Source: a virus
Taxonomy: Duplodnaviria; Caudoviricetes
Strand: one strand, 5' to 3'
Virus record (IMG/VR): IMGVR_UViG_3300028832_000146
Span: 440-64,439 of that record
Length of the DNA stretch: 64,000 bases
Shown here: positions 45,675 to 59,947 of the stretch, one piece after another
Layout of the letters: every line of letters begins with the position of its first letter
How positions within the stretch are numbered: position 1 is the first letter of the stretch
Program-made: the position numbers and the translations under genes
Notes under the pieces: model-generated
What the model was told of the DNA's origin: nothing
The model's database searches: none
What the model saw: only the letters and a program-made list of their open reading frames with translations

Positions 45675-47141
45675 ATGGATTACAACGAAGCAATAAACAT
45701 ATTCAAGAAAAGCCCATTATTAAGAAAAACATATTTTTCAACCAATTTCTTTGACTTTTGTAAATTCTATTTCATGGAATATTACAACTTTGAAACGCCA
45801 AAGTGTTTGGAGAAATATTACAACGCATTGGAATCATGAAAAAATGTTTATTTCAAGTGATTCCGTGGAAGTGCAAAAACAACCATTGCCCAAATGTATG
45901 TTTCATATTGCATTGCATATAAAACACGCCGTAATATCATGTGGTATTCACAAACAATTGATAACGCCGAAGAAAATTTAACATACATTGCCAACAGCTT
46001 TATAAATGATACGGACGCATGAGAAAGATTTTGCAGAGATTATGGAAACTTGTATTATCCGGAAACAGTTATTAAACAGGGACAAAAGAAAATAAAAAGA
46101 ATTGATAAATTCGTAACAGAAAACAATTGTTATGTAAGAGCGATGTCACTTTGAACAAGCCCACGTGGTAAGAATTACACAGCACCGGACGGAAAATTCA
46201 GACCGGATTTGTTGGTGTTTGATGATGTGGATACGGTGCAAAGTTGCCAAAGCCGTAAGAAAATTGACAAAAACTTTGAATTCATGTTAAACGAAGTATT
46301 GGGTGGAACAACGGGAGCAACACAGATAATATTTTTATGAAATACGATATATGAAGATTGAATCGTGCCAAGGTTTGAAGAACATATAAAGAACGATCCA
46401 ACACGGGAAATTATAAATTTGCCAATATACGATGAACATAAAAATATTGTTTGGAATAGATTTGTGGAAACGGACGCAGAAGCAGAAAAATTGAATAAAT
46501 GAATACGTGAAATTGCGAAAAAATATGTTTCATTGGAAACGGAACGCAGAAGACTTGGAAGCATAAGTTTCAATCAGAATTATTTATTAATTCCATATAT
46601 GAATTGACAACATATAATAACAAGGGATATGATACAGCGGGATCATAATTGCAAGGGTTACAAATATGATTCAATTGTAATTGGTGTTGATCCAGCAGTA
46701 AGTGAAAAAGAAGGAACAGACAAATTCGCAATATGTGTAACATGAAAATTACAAGACAGATATTACGTATTAGAAAGTGTGGGATTAGAAGGAATGGAAA
46801 AGAATATTTGAAGGGCGAGCGAAACAGTGAAAAACTTATATAATAAACGAAAAGCAAAAAGGGTGATTGTTGAAACCGTTGCATATCAGCAAGTATTAAA
46901 AACAGTATTTGCGAACATGTGAATGGCGGTGCAAGAGCAAAAAACAATAAAAGATAAAACAACAAGATTAATGGAAAAGCAAATATTATTTGAAGAATGA
47001 CGTGTTTATTTCGCACCATGAAACGACGAATTAATTGACGAATTATTAATGTTTCCAAATGCGGAACATGACGATATGGTGGATTCAATGTTATTTACAA
47101 TGCAAGAAACAAGGAACAAGTTTTTTATTGCTTCATTCTAA
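45675..47141 (+). CDS. terL: Terminase large subunit
   Basis: Same motifs and length as 12313-13779. Confidence 0.92.
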
Positions 47142-47149
47142 AAAACCAA

Positions 47150-47377
47150 ATGCAAAAAAATAAAGATTATAATAAACAAGAGAAACCATGGGATTCATTC
47201 CGCAGTGCGGGGTTGGAGCTATTGGGTGCGGAAAGGTTGGTGTTGGAATTTTTGCACCATAACACCATGCAAGACGAGCAAATACGCCCAACGACAAAAA
47301 TAACATTGTATGAATTCCGGAAATATCTTGAAGAAAAAAAAGACACATTGGACGAATACTTTGAAGACCAGCTTTAA
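47150..47377 (+). CDS. Conserved hypothetical protein
   Basis: Homolog of 13788. Confidence 0.7.
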   Translation: MQKNKDYNKQEKPWDSFRSAGLELLGAERLVLEFLHHNTMQDEQIRPTTKITLYEFRKYLEEKKDTLDEYFEDQL

Positions 47378-47392
47378 AAATTAAACATATAA

Positions 47393-47578
47393 ATGGAAGA
47401 AAAAGAAATTCAAAACAAATGCCGTGCATGTTGAAAGTATATCAGAAAAGAAAATTTATGGTGTATGGAATGCAGAGAAAAGGTGGATAAAGATTTCATG
47501 AAAGAGACGGATTACGGGTTCGATTATCATTTCAGATATTACCAACAGCACAAAGAAGAATACAAAAAATGTTTTTAA
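47393..47578 (+). CDS. Small zinc-ribbon protein
   Basis: CRACGK..WCMECR. Confidence 0.55.
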
Positions 47579-47596
47579 TTCTTAATCATATATATT

Positions 47597-47959
47597 ATGA
47601 CAGAAAAAAGAGAATTCAACGGTGAAACACAATTTACGAAATTGTGAGACAACCAATTCAAGGTTGAAAAAGACACGCATGCCGTTTCAGAAATAAATGC
47701 GTTGGATCAGTTAAAATTGCTTGCAGACGCAATGAATAAAATCAAAAGCATGATACAGCAAGCAAAAACAATGCAAGATTCAGTAAAACAACACGTTGAT
47801 TGGTATAATACACGGGTTGAAATATTGAATAAAGCAAAAAAGGAGTGCGGATTCGATTATAAAGATTTGGTTGCAATTGACATGAAAGACCTTGAAAATC
47901 TTATAACATGCGATCCAACAAAATTGCCAAAAATAGACCTTGAAAAGGAAGAAAAATAA
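47597..47959 (+). CDS. Conserved hypothetical protein
   Basis: Homolog of 14151. Confidence 0.7.
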
Positions 47960-48085
47960 ATTATTAATTAATTACCAATACGAGCTTGTGCCTCTTAACA
48001 ATGCAAAAAGAAAGCTCGTTTTTTTATTTGAAAAAATTCTCATATTATATATAAGAGAATCAATTTACTTATTAACACTTGCAAC

Positions 48086-48667
48086 ATGAAAAAAACAAGT
48101 TTATTATTAATTGCAATTTTCGTAATGACATTATGCGGTTGCCAAAGTGAACCAGTACAACAATTAACAACAGAAAACGAAACATTAAAAGAAGTAACCA
48201 CGGAAAAACAAGAAGCAAAAGAGCAAAAAGAAGAAATTGTTTATTTGGACGACGAAAACGCCGGATTTGTTCAAGGTGATATTGTTCGAGCACCAATGAG
48301 CGTTGAAGAAGCGGACACGTTGAAAAGTAAAAATAAACATTCGGAAGATTTGGTTGCTTGAAATTTCTCAAAATATTTAATTGTTGAAATTGCCGTTGTA
48401 AATCAAGGAACAGAAAAAGCAATGTGGTTTTCGAGCGATGTTTCGGAAGTTATAGATTCCAAAGGAAGAAAATATAACGTATTGAGCGAAGCAACAAGCG
48501 AAATATATTTGGACGATTTAATAACATTTGTTGATTTAAAACCTTCAATTCCAGTTGTTTGAAAAGTTGTTTATGAAGTTGCCAAAGATTCCGAAGGGTT
48601 TTATTATGAAACGGAAGATAAAACATTCAAAGTTATGTTACAAAACCGCAATGAAAATAACGAATAA
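48086..48667 (+). CDS. Lipoprotein moron, DUF4352-like, unit B only
   Basis: Lipobox LCGC; DSKGRKY..LKPSIPVVGKVVYEV. Confidence 0.7.
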
Positions 48668-48694
48668 AATTTAATAAATTTTTGTAAATTATAA

Positions 48695-48722
48695 AAGCAC
48701 CGTTTAAAAGCGGTGTTTTTTG
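48695..48722 (+). terminator. Intrinsic terminator
   Basis: AAAAGCACCG/CGGTGTTTT plus T tract. Confidence 0.7.
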
Positions 48723-48731
48723 CTTAATTTC

Positions 48732-48763
48732 AAGCTTTGATATTTTACATTCGTGATTATAAT
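48732..48763 (+). promoter_or_regulatory. Late-promoter-like motif upstream of portal
   Basis: Variant of 15120-15151. Confidence 0.65.
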
Positions 48764-48792
48764 GCATTGTGTTTAAATGGAAATAATCATGC

Positions 48793-50022
48793 ATGAAAAT
48801 TTTCAACCGGAATATTTCAAGAATCAATAAAAAGAGCATTGCAAAGAATTATTGATTGGATTTGTCTTTGTTATTCAATAACGATGTTGTTTTTTCAAAA
48901 CAAACATTTTATGATCTATATGCAAAAAACGGTGATATTCGCCAAGCCGTAAAGAAAATTGCCGGAAGCGTTGCGAGAAATTGAATATATTTACAAGACA
49001 ACGACAGACAAACCGTTGACGATAATGTTTTAACGGATCAAGTTTCAGATTTGTTTAAAGCTCCAACATTTGCAAAGTTCAAAATTGATTTATACAGAAA
49101 TTATTTAATTTCATGAGAATTATATATTAAACCATTGAAGAATGCTTTTGATGAAACAATCAGATTTGACGTTATAGATTCAAGGGCGGTTACAAAAATA
49201 ATTAGTAATGGTGTTATTACATGATACAGAGTGGTTGAAAAAGACGGCGTAAAAATTCAAGAATATAAAGCCGATGAAATCGCATATTTCAAATATGAAA
49301 ACGATATAAACAATTCGTTAAATGGAATGTGAATTTTAACAAGCGTATTATATGACGCAGTGTTGGATTTGGAAGCATTGAAAACGAATTACAGTTTATA
49401 CAAGAACAGTGCAAGACCAGATATGTTATTATTGCTTGACGGAAATTTAAGCGAAGAAGAACAGCAAATCGCAACGGATAAATTCAGAGCACAATTTACA
49501 TGAAGCAACAACGCACATAAAGTTATTGTTGGGGGTGGAATTCAAGACATTAAAACACTTTCATTGACCGCAAGGGATATGGAAACAATAAGCCAAAGGA
49601 AATTAACAACGGAAAAAATAAGTGCAACGTTTGGAGTTCCAAAAGCGATGTTATGATATGTTGAAGATGTAAATTATAATAATGGACAAAACCAAAAGGA
49701 AGAGTTTTTGGAAGGAACAATAAAACCATTCGAGCAAGATTTCGACGCAATATTGAATAAATTATTGCAAATGTTCAAGCCGGATATATTCAACAAATAT
49801 TGGATAAAATCAGATTCCGAACAATTAAAGGAAACGCAAGAATGGTTGAATGGACAAAGGGCGGACGTGTTGGCGTGAATAATAACAATAAACGAAGCAA
49901 GGGTTGACAGATGATTGGAAAAGGTGGAAGATGAAAACGCCGACAAATTAATTACTTCAAGAAATCAAGTATTATTGGAAGATATAGCATTGGACGCAGT
50001 TTTACCATGAGATGAAATATAA
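48793..50022 (+). CDS. Portal protein
   Basis: Homolog of 15180. Confidence 0.88.
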
Positions 50023-50025
50023 AAA

Positions 50026-50847
50026 ATGCTTTCGCAAGATTACAGAAATTTATTACGCAAGGAATCGAAAATATACACGATTATTCAAAAATCGTTTAAG
50101 AAGCAAAGAAAGTATTTGGAAGAACATGTTCAAGACTTATACGAAAACCACATATACTTGATAGCAACAGAATATAATGTGTTACAAAATGAAAATGTGA
50201 ATTTATATCCGAAAAAAGACCGACAAAATGAAATACGGGGCGACGAACCATTAAGCGGATTTTGGAGAGCAATGGGAATAATGGATTTAATAAACGATTT
50301 GGAATTACCTTTGGAGAAAGTATTCGAGCGTGGTTATAAAACATCATACAGAAAATTTGCAAGGTTATTAAGTGAAAATGCAATCGAATATTATCCAAAT
50401 TTGCCAAGTGAATATGCAAATAAATGGTGAGATTTACAGCTTTCAAATTATAAAGGAACAATAAGTTATACAACGAAATGGGACGTAATAAACATATTGA
50501 AGAATGGAATTGATAATCATGAATCATGGGGAACAATACAACGCCAAATATTCGCGTTGGACGACAAATTGTTTGGGTTACCACGTGCAAGAGCAATCGC
50601 AGTAACGGAAACAGCCAAGGCGTATGAATACGGAAACAGACAACCAATTCAAGCATTACAAGACGCATGAATTGAAATGGAAAAGAAATGGTTGACCGTA
50701 TGAGACGAACGTGTAAGACCGGAACATATGGAATGTGAAGAAGAAGGGCGAGTTCCAATTGATTACGAATATCCAAGTGTTTGAGTTGATATGCCACCAT
50801 GATGAGTCAATTGCCGTTGCACCTTGCAATACCAAAGAAAGAGATAA
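50026..50847 (+). CDS. Head morphogenesis protein
   Basis: KKWLTVGDERVRPEH..GGVNCRC. Confidence 0.88.
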
Positions 50848-50871
50848 ATTTTATTCATTAATATTTACCAA

Positions 50872-52137
50872 ATGAAATTTAAACTTATCAAGGACAAAGA
50901 GTTCTTTCAAATCGTATGTGATCAGAAATCAGTAAAAGAAATCACAGACGGAGAAACCAAAGCATATGAAATAGAATGATATGCTTCAACAAAAGACAAG
51001 GATCGTATGAATGATGTTGTTGAACCAACAGCATTTGAAGAAACTTTAAAGCAATACATGACAAATCCAATTGTTTTGTTGCAACATGATATGGACAAAC
51101 CAATTGGAACAGTTACGGAAGCAAGTATTGACGAAAAAGGGTTATTCATCAAAGCCAAAATAACGGAAGATACGGACGGCGTATTTTCAAAATTGAAAAA
51201 TGGTGTATTAAGAACATTTTCAATCGGTTATTCAGTAAAAGATTATGAAACAATCGAAAATGTGGATTCCGAAGGAAATTACAGTTACACAAATATTATT
51301 AAAATGCTTGAGTTGTTTGAAATTTCTCTTGTTTCAGTTCCAGCAAATCCATTCGCATTGGTAAAAAGTTTTGATTCATGCTTTAAAGCGGAGGAAGAAA
51401 TTGAAGCCAAGGAAGAAGAAAAGGGAGAAAACGTTGAAGAAACACCAGTTGAGAATGAAGGGGAAAATGAAACAAGCGAAGTTGAAGAAGAAAACCAAGA
51501 GAATGTTCAAGAAGAAGAAAAAACGGAAGAAAACGAAAACGTTGAAGCCGACGAAAAGGTGGAAGATGAAGAAAAAGAAGAAATTGAAGAAGAAGTAAAG
51601 GAAGAAAGCGAAGAAGAAACAAAGGAAATTGAAGAAAAAACGGAAGAAATCCCAAACGAAGAAGTGGAAACGCAAGAGACTTGCGAAGAAGAAGCCGAGA
51701 AAGTGGAAGATAACGAAAAAGCAGATGAAAATTCTGAAATATCAACGGATTGCGATTGCGACAATTCTGAAAATGTTGCTGAAAATGTAACAGACGATGA
51801 AAACGTTGGTGAAACAAACAACGAAGAAGTTGTTGAAGCGAGCAAATCAATAAATGTTGAAACAAAAGGTTTGGAAATTGCTGAATTCAAATCTTTTGTT
51901 AAATCAACCAATGATAAATTGGCTGAAAAAGACGAGCAAATCAAGAAATTACAACAACAATTAAACGATCATCAAGAATTGATGAAAAGTGCAATTGAAG
52001 TTATGGTTCAACTTGACCACGCCGTAAAAAATACAGCAATTCAATCATGAAGTTCTTATCAAGCACCAGCAACAAAGAACGCATGACCATATGGAAAAGT
52101 TGCAGATTTAATTAAAAAAGTGCAACAATCCAAATAA
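50872..52137 (+). CDS. Prohead protease with acidic linker
   Basis: Homolog of 17263; same total length. Confidence 0.9.
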
Positions 52138-52166
52138 TTATTTTTAATCATTAATATTTTACAAAC

Positions 52167-53243
52167 ATGAATATTAAAGAATTAGTTTTGAAAGCAAAAG
52201 AGCTTTCATGAATCGAAGTTAAAGAAGAAGTTGTGGAAGAAACAAAAGCCAATGAAGTAATGCATACAACAAACACTTGATTTGGTGCTGAATTAATCCC
52301 AACAAATGTGGTTCTTGATCCAGCTTTGGATTTATTACCAAAATATTCTTCTTTATTAAACTTGTTACCATGAAATCATGGAAACAATATGCCAGTAAGT
52401 GCAAAAGTTCCAGTAATTGGAGAAGCTGATTTATTCAGTGGAAACAGCGAATGGACAACTGGTGCATATTCTGTTACACCAGCTAAAAACTGACCAGCAA
52501 CTGGTGATGTAACAATTACACAATGACAATTCATATTCGACATTGCTCTTTCTTATAGAGAAGTTGAATATTCTGTTGTTGATGTTGAAGCTATAATTAG
52601 AGATAGAATCAACAGAGCAGCCGCAAGAACAATCGACGCAGTTATTATTAACGCCGACGATACAGCTTCTTGAAGCGGAAACGTAAACGGAACATATTCA
52701 GGAAATCCATATTTCACACAGCAAGACAACTGAATAAGAATGGTTGGAATTGCAAATACTGGTGTTTCTGTTGGAACATTTACAAGTGCTTCATTGCTTG
52801 CAGTTAAAAACGTAATTGACGCATGATACCAAGCAGATTTATCAAATCTTTTGTATATCATGCCAGCCAACGTTTACAACAAGACACTTGCATTAAGCGA
52901 AGTTATCACAATGGATAAATTCGGACCAAATGCAACTGTTGTAACTGGTGTATTAGCAAAAGCATTCGGAATTGATGTTTTGGTTGCAAGAGATCGACCA
53001 GCATTAACAAATACAAGTGGACTTGTTGACGCTACAAGTGCAAATAACACAAAAGGATCATTCGCTTGTATTTATAAACCAGCAGTTCAATATGGATTTG
53101 GACAACCATTAAAGCTTTACTTAACTGAATGTCCTTGAAAGTGATATATAATCACAGCAACAATGGAGTTCGGTTTCGCAATTGCTGACGGTGTTGCATG
53201 ACTTGGAAATACTGTTGGAATCTGAATTAACATGACAATATAA
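52167..53243 (+). CDS. Major capsid protein
   Basis: Homolog of 18556. Confidence 0.85.
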
Positions 53244-53358
53244 TTTGTTATTAGAGATTCAAAATAAATTCTTCACATCATGAAGGGGGGCGGTTGTCGG
53301 TTATAACGATGAACCGTCTCCTATGTGGAGAGCTTTATAACTTTATTATGCAATAATC

Positions 53359-53559
53359 ATGACAAAGAAATTAAAAAATATTTCAAAAGAAACACAGCTT
53401 GTTGACGGGGAAGAAATAAAAGCATGAGCAACTTTTGAAACAGTGCATTATGCAAGCATATTAAGAAATTATCCAAATTTATTCGAGTTGGTGGAAGAAA
53501 AGGAAGAAGTAAAGGAAGAAAAAGAAGAAAAACCAGCAAAGAAAACAACCAAAAAATAA
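53359..53559 (+). CDS. Small head-associated protein
   Basis: Homolog of 19705. Confidence 0.7.
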
Positions 53560-53586
53560 TCAATTTACCAAATATACTGAAAAACA

Positions 53587-54204
53587 ATGTATTCAAGTTT
53601 ATCACAATTTAAAGATTATATCGGAATTGCACAAAGTGATACAAGCCAAGATGAAATGTTGACTTTGTTATTAAACAGTGCATGCGAACAAATAAACCAT
53701 TTATGCGGTGTTGATTCTTTTGATCAAGACACGTATGAAGAACAAATTGACGCAAGAAAAATTTATGTAAATTCATTTTGATATAATATTTTTGTGAAAA
53801 ATAAGCCAGTTTCATCAATTGATGAAATAGACGGCGAAACATACAGCGGAGTAAAAGGGGTTGATTATATGGTTGCAAGCCAAAGGAGAATAATTTTTAA
53901 AGAGTTCGATTCAGATTGTAAATTCGGTTTCGTAACAATTAAATATACAGCTTGATACGATAGAGCAAAACCTATTGAATGAAGCGACCAAACCGAAGAT
54001 ACTTTACCGGACGATTTGAAATTAATGGAAATGATGTTGGCGAGTGGAAGATACCAGCAAAAATGAAACGAAGGAATATCAAGTTATAGGTTGGGTGACG
54101 AGCAAATCGTTTTTGGTGGAAGAAATGGAGAAAGTGCGGACGATATGTTTTTTTCATTCAGAATTATGCTTGATAAATATAAAAACTTTAATTTAGCAAT
54201 ATAA
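53587..54204 (+). CDS. Head-tail connector
   Basis: Homolog of 19931. Confidence 0.75.
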
Positions 54205-54213
54205 AAGGTTGTA

Positions 54214-54528
54214 ATGATTTTATATAACAAAACGGCGACAAAATACGGATATACAAGGGGAAGCAACGGAATATCAACATATGGAGAAACCGGTGTTTCG
54301 TTTCCATGTAATGTGCAACCATTAACAACACAAGAATTCATATCCGCATGATTCGACAGTTCAATGGTATATAAAGTATACAGATTATATTGCGAATATT
54401 CGGGGGTTGTTGTTGGTGATAAATTAAGCATTGATTGAACCACATATATTGTAAAATCCGTTCAAAGGTGGGACGGTTTGAAAAGAAAATTTTACAAATT
54501 AACGATTTCAGAAAGCGAATGAGCGTAA
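54214..54528 (+). CDS. Head closure protein
   Basis: Homolog of 20564. Confidence 0.7.
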
Positions 54529-54869
54529 CATGGGGCGGTGATATAGAAAAATTAATGGAAGTGGACGAAAGATTAAACGCCACAATTCAGATAATTTTAA
54601 CAGATGTTGCATTGGAAATTTCAAACAATGCGAAGGAAAACGCACCATATTTGACATGAGCTTTAAGAAGAAGTATTGCACCGGATTTCAATTCAATAAA
54701 AAAATGATTTTCGGTTGTATGATCACCTTTGAAATATGCAAGTGTAAGGGAATTTGTGAATTATAAAAATCCACAAACAAGATATTATTTGGAAAGGGCT
54801 TTTACGGAGCACGAATGAGAAATTACAAATATTATTTTGGAAGATTTAAACATTAATTTGAAAAAATAA
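54519..54869 (+). CDS. HK97 gp10-like neck protein
   Basis: Homolog of 20857. Confidence 0.75.
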
Positions 54870-55321
54870 TGACAGAAACAACCACATATTCATTTAAGCA
54901 AATCGGGGATACAATATATAATAAAATGCTTGAAATTACAACATGAGAAAATGCAAGAATTTGAGCAGTTTATAACCATGACATAAAAATTGAAAATTGA
55001 ATAAGTTTTCCGGCAATTATCATTACTCCGGACAATGGAAACATAAGATATCTTGATTCTTGCAGTTACGAATCAGAAATTAATTTTACAGTAAGATTAA
55101 TTGACAGAATTCAAGACAGCATTTCAACCGTGGAAGAAAACATGAGAGCGGTTGCAGATATAATGATCCAAAAATTAAAAGAAATTGAATCTATTGTGTG
55201 GAATAATGACGATTGATACACTGTAAAATGTATGTTTACATATAACTGGTGATTTGCAGATACGCAAGAACCAATGAGAGTGTTTAATGTAAATTGTGCA
55301 TTTACCAGTGTTTCAAAATAA
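54869..55321 (+). CDS. Tail terminator (putative)
   Basis: Homolog of 21207. Confidence 0.65.
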
Positions 55322-55345
55322 TTTATCTCTTTATACAATACAAAC

Positions 55346-55540
55346 ATGGCATGCAAATGATGTAAAGAAAAAAAACCGGAAATCGAACAACACGTAAATA
55401 TTGTGATCGATAACGGTGTAAGAAAATATTCATTTCCAAAGTGGGGTTTAATTGTGGAATGAAAAACAATGCTTGAAGCATTAGAGAAAGCAAGGGAAAT
55501 CATGAAGAATAGAGAAAATTCTGAATGAGAAAAAGAATAA
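55346..55540 (+). CDS. Small conserved MACKGCK protein
   Basis: Homolog of 21684. Confidence 0.7.
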
Positions 55541-55568
55541 TTATTTTAATTCATTACCAATTTAAAAA

Positions 55569-56711
55569 ATGGCATACATTGGAAGATTATCAGCAATTTG
55601 ACTTGGAAAAGAAACAACAAGGGGGACAGCAGTTCAACCAGTTGTTTGGATTCCAAAAGAAAGCGGGGTTTTAAATCCAAGCCTTGAAAGTGCAACAGAC
55701 GAATCATGATATGGTGTAATTGACGGGGTTTACGATTCATTTACAACCAAAAATTCTTCAAACTTATCTTTGAGCGGTGTTGCAAGGGATAATTCACTTT
55801 GATATTTATTTCTTGGTGCTTTGTGAAAATACACAAAATTATATTGTGTAACTGGAACGCCAAGCGGTGGAACACCAGCAAGGGGCGACATACTTTCTTG
55901 AACGGGTGCGGTATTAAAGAAAATAATTGTTATTGGAACAACAACTTATTATTTCTTTGATAAAGCAACAAGCGGAAGTATTGGAAACGGAACATGGACA
56001 ATGACAGCAACGGTCGTTTCAATAAATGCACATTTCTTTGAAGTATTACAAAGCAATTCACACCCAACATTTACACTTTACGATGATGATCCAGTTGCTT
56101 GAAGTTATGCTCCATATTGTATGATTAATTCGTTTGAATTATCATGCGAAGTTGCGGATTATGTAAAATTCACAGCCGAGTTTATGTGAAAGCAAATGCA
56201 AGCAATACAAGGAAGCGTAACGCCAGCATATGCAACAGAAAACGCATTTACAGCAAGCATGGCGGGTGTAAGGTTCGCAAGTGATGAAAGCGGTTTGAAT
56301 GGTGCAAGTGAACAATGCATGCAAAATTTCAGACTTTCAATTAATAAGAATTTAACAGATATTCAGTGCTTTGGTGACACAGATGTTGCAGATATATACA
56401 ACCAACAATTCGGAATCGAAGGAGATTTTGAAGCCGTTTATGAATCAACAACATTGCGTGATTACGTGTTAAATTCACAGAAAAAAGCAATGAGATTTTA
56501 TGCAGTAAATGGAAATGCAACAGCATTGGCAACATGAATTTATCCTTCAATCTATATTGATTTAATGAAGGTTGGAATGAATGAATGGAGCAAATCAGAC
56601 GGAAACGATGAAATAATCAAACAAACAATGGGATATACTGGACAATACAACAATGATGACGGTTGCTCAATCGAAATCTTGTTATTAAATAACAATTCAA
56701 CTGGATATTAA
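55569..56711 (+). CDS. Major tail tube protein
   Basis: Homolog of 21906. Confidence 0.8.
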
Positions 56712-56797
56712 TATATCCACGTGCTTGCAGTTTTTCCTTGTTTCTCTGTAAGCACGTATTTCAAAACAAGGAATTTTAACTTATAAACAAGGAAAAC

Positions 56798-57088
56798 ATG
56801 AAAGTTACAATTAATGGAAACGAAAAAGAAGTTATCGTTTCAACAACTTATACAAGAAAAATTGACCGTGGTTACAACGACATAATTCTTGAATGAGTAA
56901 AAGCGAATCCGTCGCAATTAGAAAACATGAATATTGAAATTGATGTTACAAGAGCACAAAAAGCAAATGATTTTTTGATTACAGAAATGACAAATTTAAC
57001 AGCGGAAGAATTGGAAAATATGAATATGGAAGATTACAACGCAGTATTGCAAGAAGTGCTAAAAGTAAAAATACCCAGTGAAAAATAA
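56798..57088 (+). CDS. Tail assembly chaperone (gpG-like)
   Basis: Homolog of 23134; ends ATA CCC AGT GAA AAA TAA. Confidence 0.8.
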
Positions 57089-57329
57089 TTTAATACTGGA
57101 ACAATTTTGAAAAACTTTGAGAACATGACACGGATTAACAAAAGAACACCGCGATTATATTCTCATTAAAGAATTATATCATTGCAAGCCGTCGGATTTG
57201 GACAATGAAGACGAGCACATATTGGATTTACATTTTGCAATGATCCAAGAAGAAAGGAAACGGGAGCATATCCAAAATAAGAGAATGGAACAAAAAACAA
57301 GGGTTGTTTCATCACATAATAAGCAATAA
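57075..57329 (+). CDS. Chaperone extension (gpT-like), +1 frame
   Basis: Homolog of 23411-23659. Confidence 0.75.
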
Positions 57330-57331
57330 AC

Positions 57332-59086
57332 ATGGCATGAGTTGAATATGATTTGAAATTAAAAATCACGGCGGAAAACCAAGCAACCGCCGAGCTTCAA
57401 AAAATGAATTCGCAAATTACAAACATTGGTAAAGTTATTTGATGACGGGCAGTTTGAAAAACTTTATTAAAGGGTGTAAAAAATGTTGCGGACGAAGTTT
57501 TAACGTTATGATGAAATTTGGAACAAGCGGAAGTTGCTTTTACAACCATGCTTTGAAGTGGGGAAGAAGCAACCAAAATGTTAAAAGATTTAACAAATTT
57601 TGCGAAGAAAACACCATTTGAATTGACTTGAATTAGGGATAATGCGAAACAATTATTGTGAATGTGAATTGAAGCGGAAAAAATAATTCCAACATTAAAA
57701 AGTTTGGGTGACGTTTCCGCATGATTAAGTATTGATTTAAGCCGTGTTGCTTTGAATTACGGACAAGTAAGAAGCCAAGGAAAATTGACTTGAAGGGAAT
57801 TAAGGGATTTTATGATTCAATGAGTTCCTTTATTGGACGAATTATCAAAAAACCTTGGGAAAACAACAACTGAAATTCAAGACATGATCAGTAAAGGATT
57901 AATCACATTTCCAATGGTTGAAGAAGCTTTTAAAACCATGACAAGCGAAGGTGGAAGATTCGCAGATTTAATGGATAAACAAAGCCAAACATATCAAGGA
58001 ATGGTTTCAAACTTGCATGACAGCTTCACATCAATTAAAGAATCAATTTGACGTGCAATATTACCAATTCTTGAAAGAATATTACCAATAATTGCAAATA
58101 TTGTGGAAAAAATCGCCGATTGGGTTGAAGCAAATCCAGAATTAGCGTCAACATTAACCGTTATTGTTGCGGGTGCGGTTGCGTTGGTTGGTGTTTTGTC
58201 TTGACTTGGTGCAATTATTCCAATTGTGAGTGCTTGAATGTCAGTTTTAACTTGACCAATTGGGCTTGTTGCGGGTGCGATTGCATTATTAGCAACAGCA
58301 TGGATTAATGATTGGGGTGGAATAAGGGAGACAACGGCGGAAGTTACGGAAAAAATAAGTGCGATACTTTGACCATGGTTTGAAAAGTTGCATAATTGGT
58401 GGGTTGAACATGGAGAAACTGTAATGATCTATGTGGAAGAAATAATGGGTGCAATTGCAGATACAATCGGAACATGTCTTGAAATTATCGCAGTTACAAT
58501 CGCCGGAACACTGGAAACAATCCAAGCATGAATTGCAATTTTCAAAGCAATTTGGAATGGTGATTGGGAAGAAGTAAATAATATTGCGGTTGGTTGGGCT
58601 CAAAACATCGACGCATTATTAACCGAAGCTTTTGGTGATTTATGGACAAACATAAAAAATGCTTTTAGAGAATGAATTGACACGGTTTTGGGTTGGGTTG
58701 AAAGTTTTGTTGGTGCAATTGAAGGTGTTGTTGAAAGGATCAGAAATGCATGGAACAACGTAAAAAGTGCGGCTCAAAGTGTTGTTTCAAGTGCAAAAAG
58801 CAAATACGACAGTGCGGTTGCTTCATTAAAAAGTTTGGTTTCATGAAAAAAAGCCGGTGGTTGACCAGTTGTAATGTGAAACACATATTTGGTTTGAGAA
58901 AAGTGACCGGAGCTTTTTGTTCCGAACCAAAGCGGAAAAATAATCCCAAATAATGAAATTACCAACAATAATTGAATTACAATAAATATTTCATGAGTAA
59001 GCGTGAGAAATGATAACGATATTACAGCTATTGCAAATGAAATGATCAGACAAATAAAGTTGGAAAAACAATTTAATATTGCATAA
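57332..59086 (+). CDS. Tape measure protein, 584 aa
   Basis: EQAEVAFTTMLGS..FAKKTPFEL tape-measure domain. Confidence 0.9.
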
Positions 59087-59113
59087 AACATTTATTACAT
59101 ATAACAATTAAAA

Positions 59114-59947
59114 ATGGACAACATACTACTTAACAGCGGTTTATTATGAAATGCACCAAAGGGGAAGAAAAGCACATTTTTGGAAAGTGGTATGTTTATT
59201 TTTAATTGATACAATTTGCATAATTGAAAAACAAGAAGGGTGCTTGAATCAAACCATGATGACCTTGGAAATGTTGCATATGAAACATACGATTATTCAA
59301 GGGCGGATTGATGAAATGCATTGAGTAAATATTACAGAACAAAAACAATTACATTAACCATGTGTTTGAGTGCGGACGATGAAAACGGCTTGAATGACTT
59401 AATTGATGAATTGAAGTTTCAAACAAGTAAAATGCAAGGTTATTTGGATATAATTATTAATTGACTTGTTAGAAGGTGGGAAGCAACATTGACAAGCTTG
59501 CAGTTCGGAAGAAAAGGTTATAATATTAATTTCTTGCAAAATGTGGTTTTAACTTTTGAATGCGTGAATCCGTCAGCTTTCAATTTAACAAGTATTACAA
59601 ACAGATATTCGGGATTATCCGGAAATTATGCGACAGAATTAAATTATTCTTGAAAAGTGAATTGTTACCCAACAATTTATATTGTGGTGCAAAATGAAAC
59701 AAATTTGACATGATTTCAAATTGACATGAATGGTTATAAATTCCAAATTTCGGGGGAATATCAAGCCGGAGATTTTATAATAATTGACGGAGAAACAAAG
59801 CTTGTAAAAGTAAATGGAACAACAACGGCGTATACATGACCATTTCCAGTTATTGAACCATGATTAAACCACATTGAAATTAGCATTAATTCGGGAGCAA
59901 TTGCGAATTACGACATGATTTTTATTTATAAGAAATTATTCTTGTAA
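59114..59947 (+). CDS. Distal tail protein (Dit-like)
   Basis: Homolog of 25712. Confidence 0.7.
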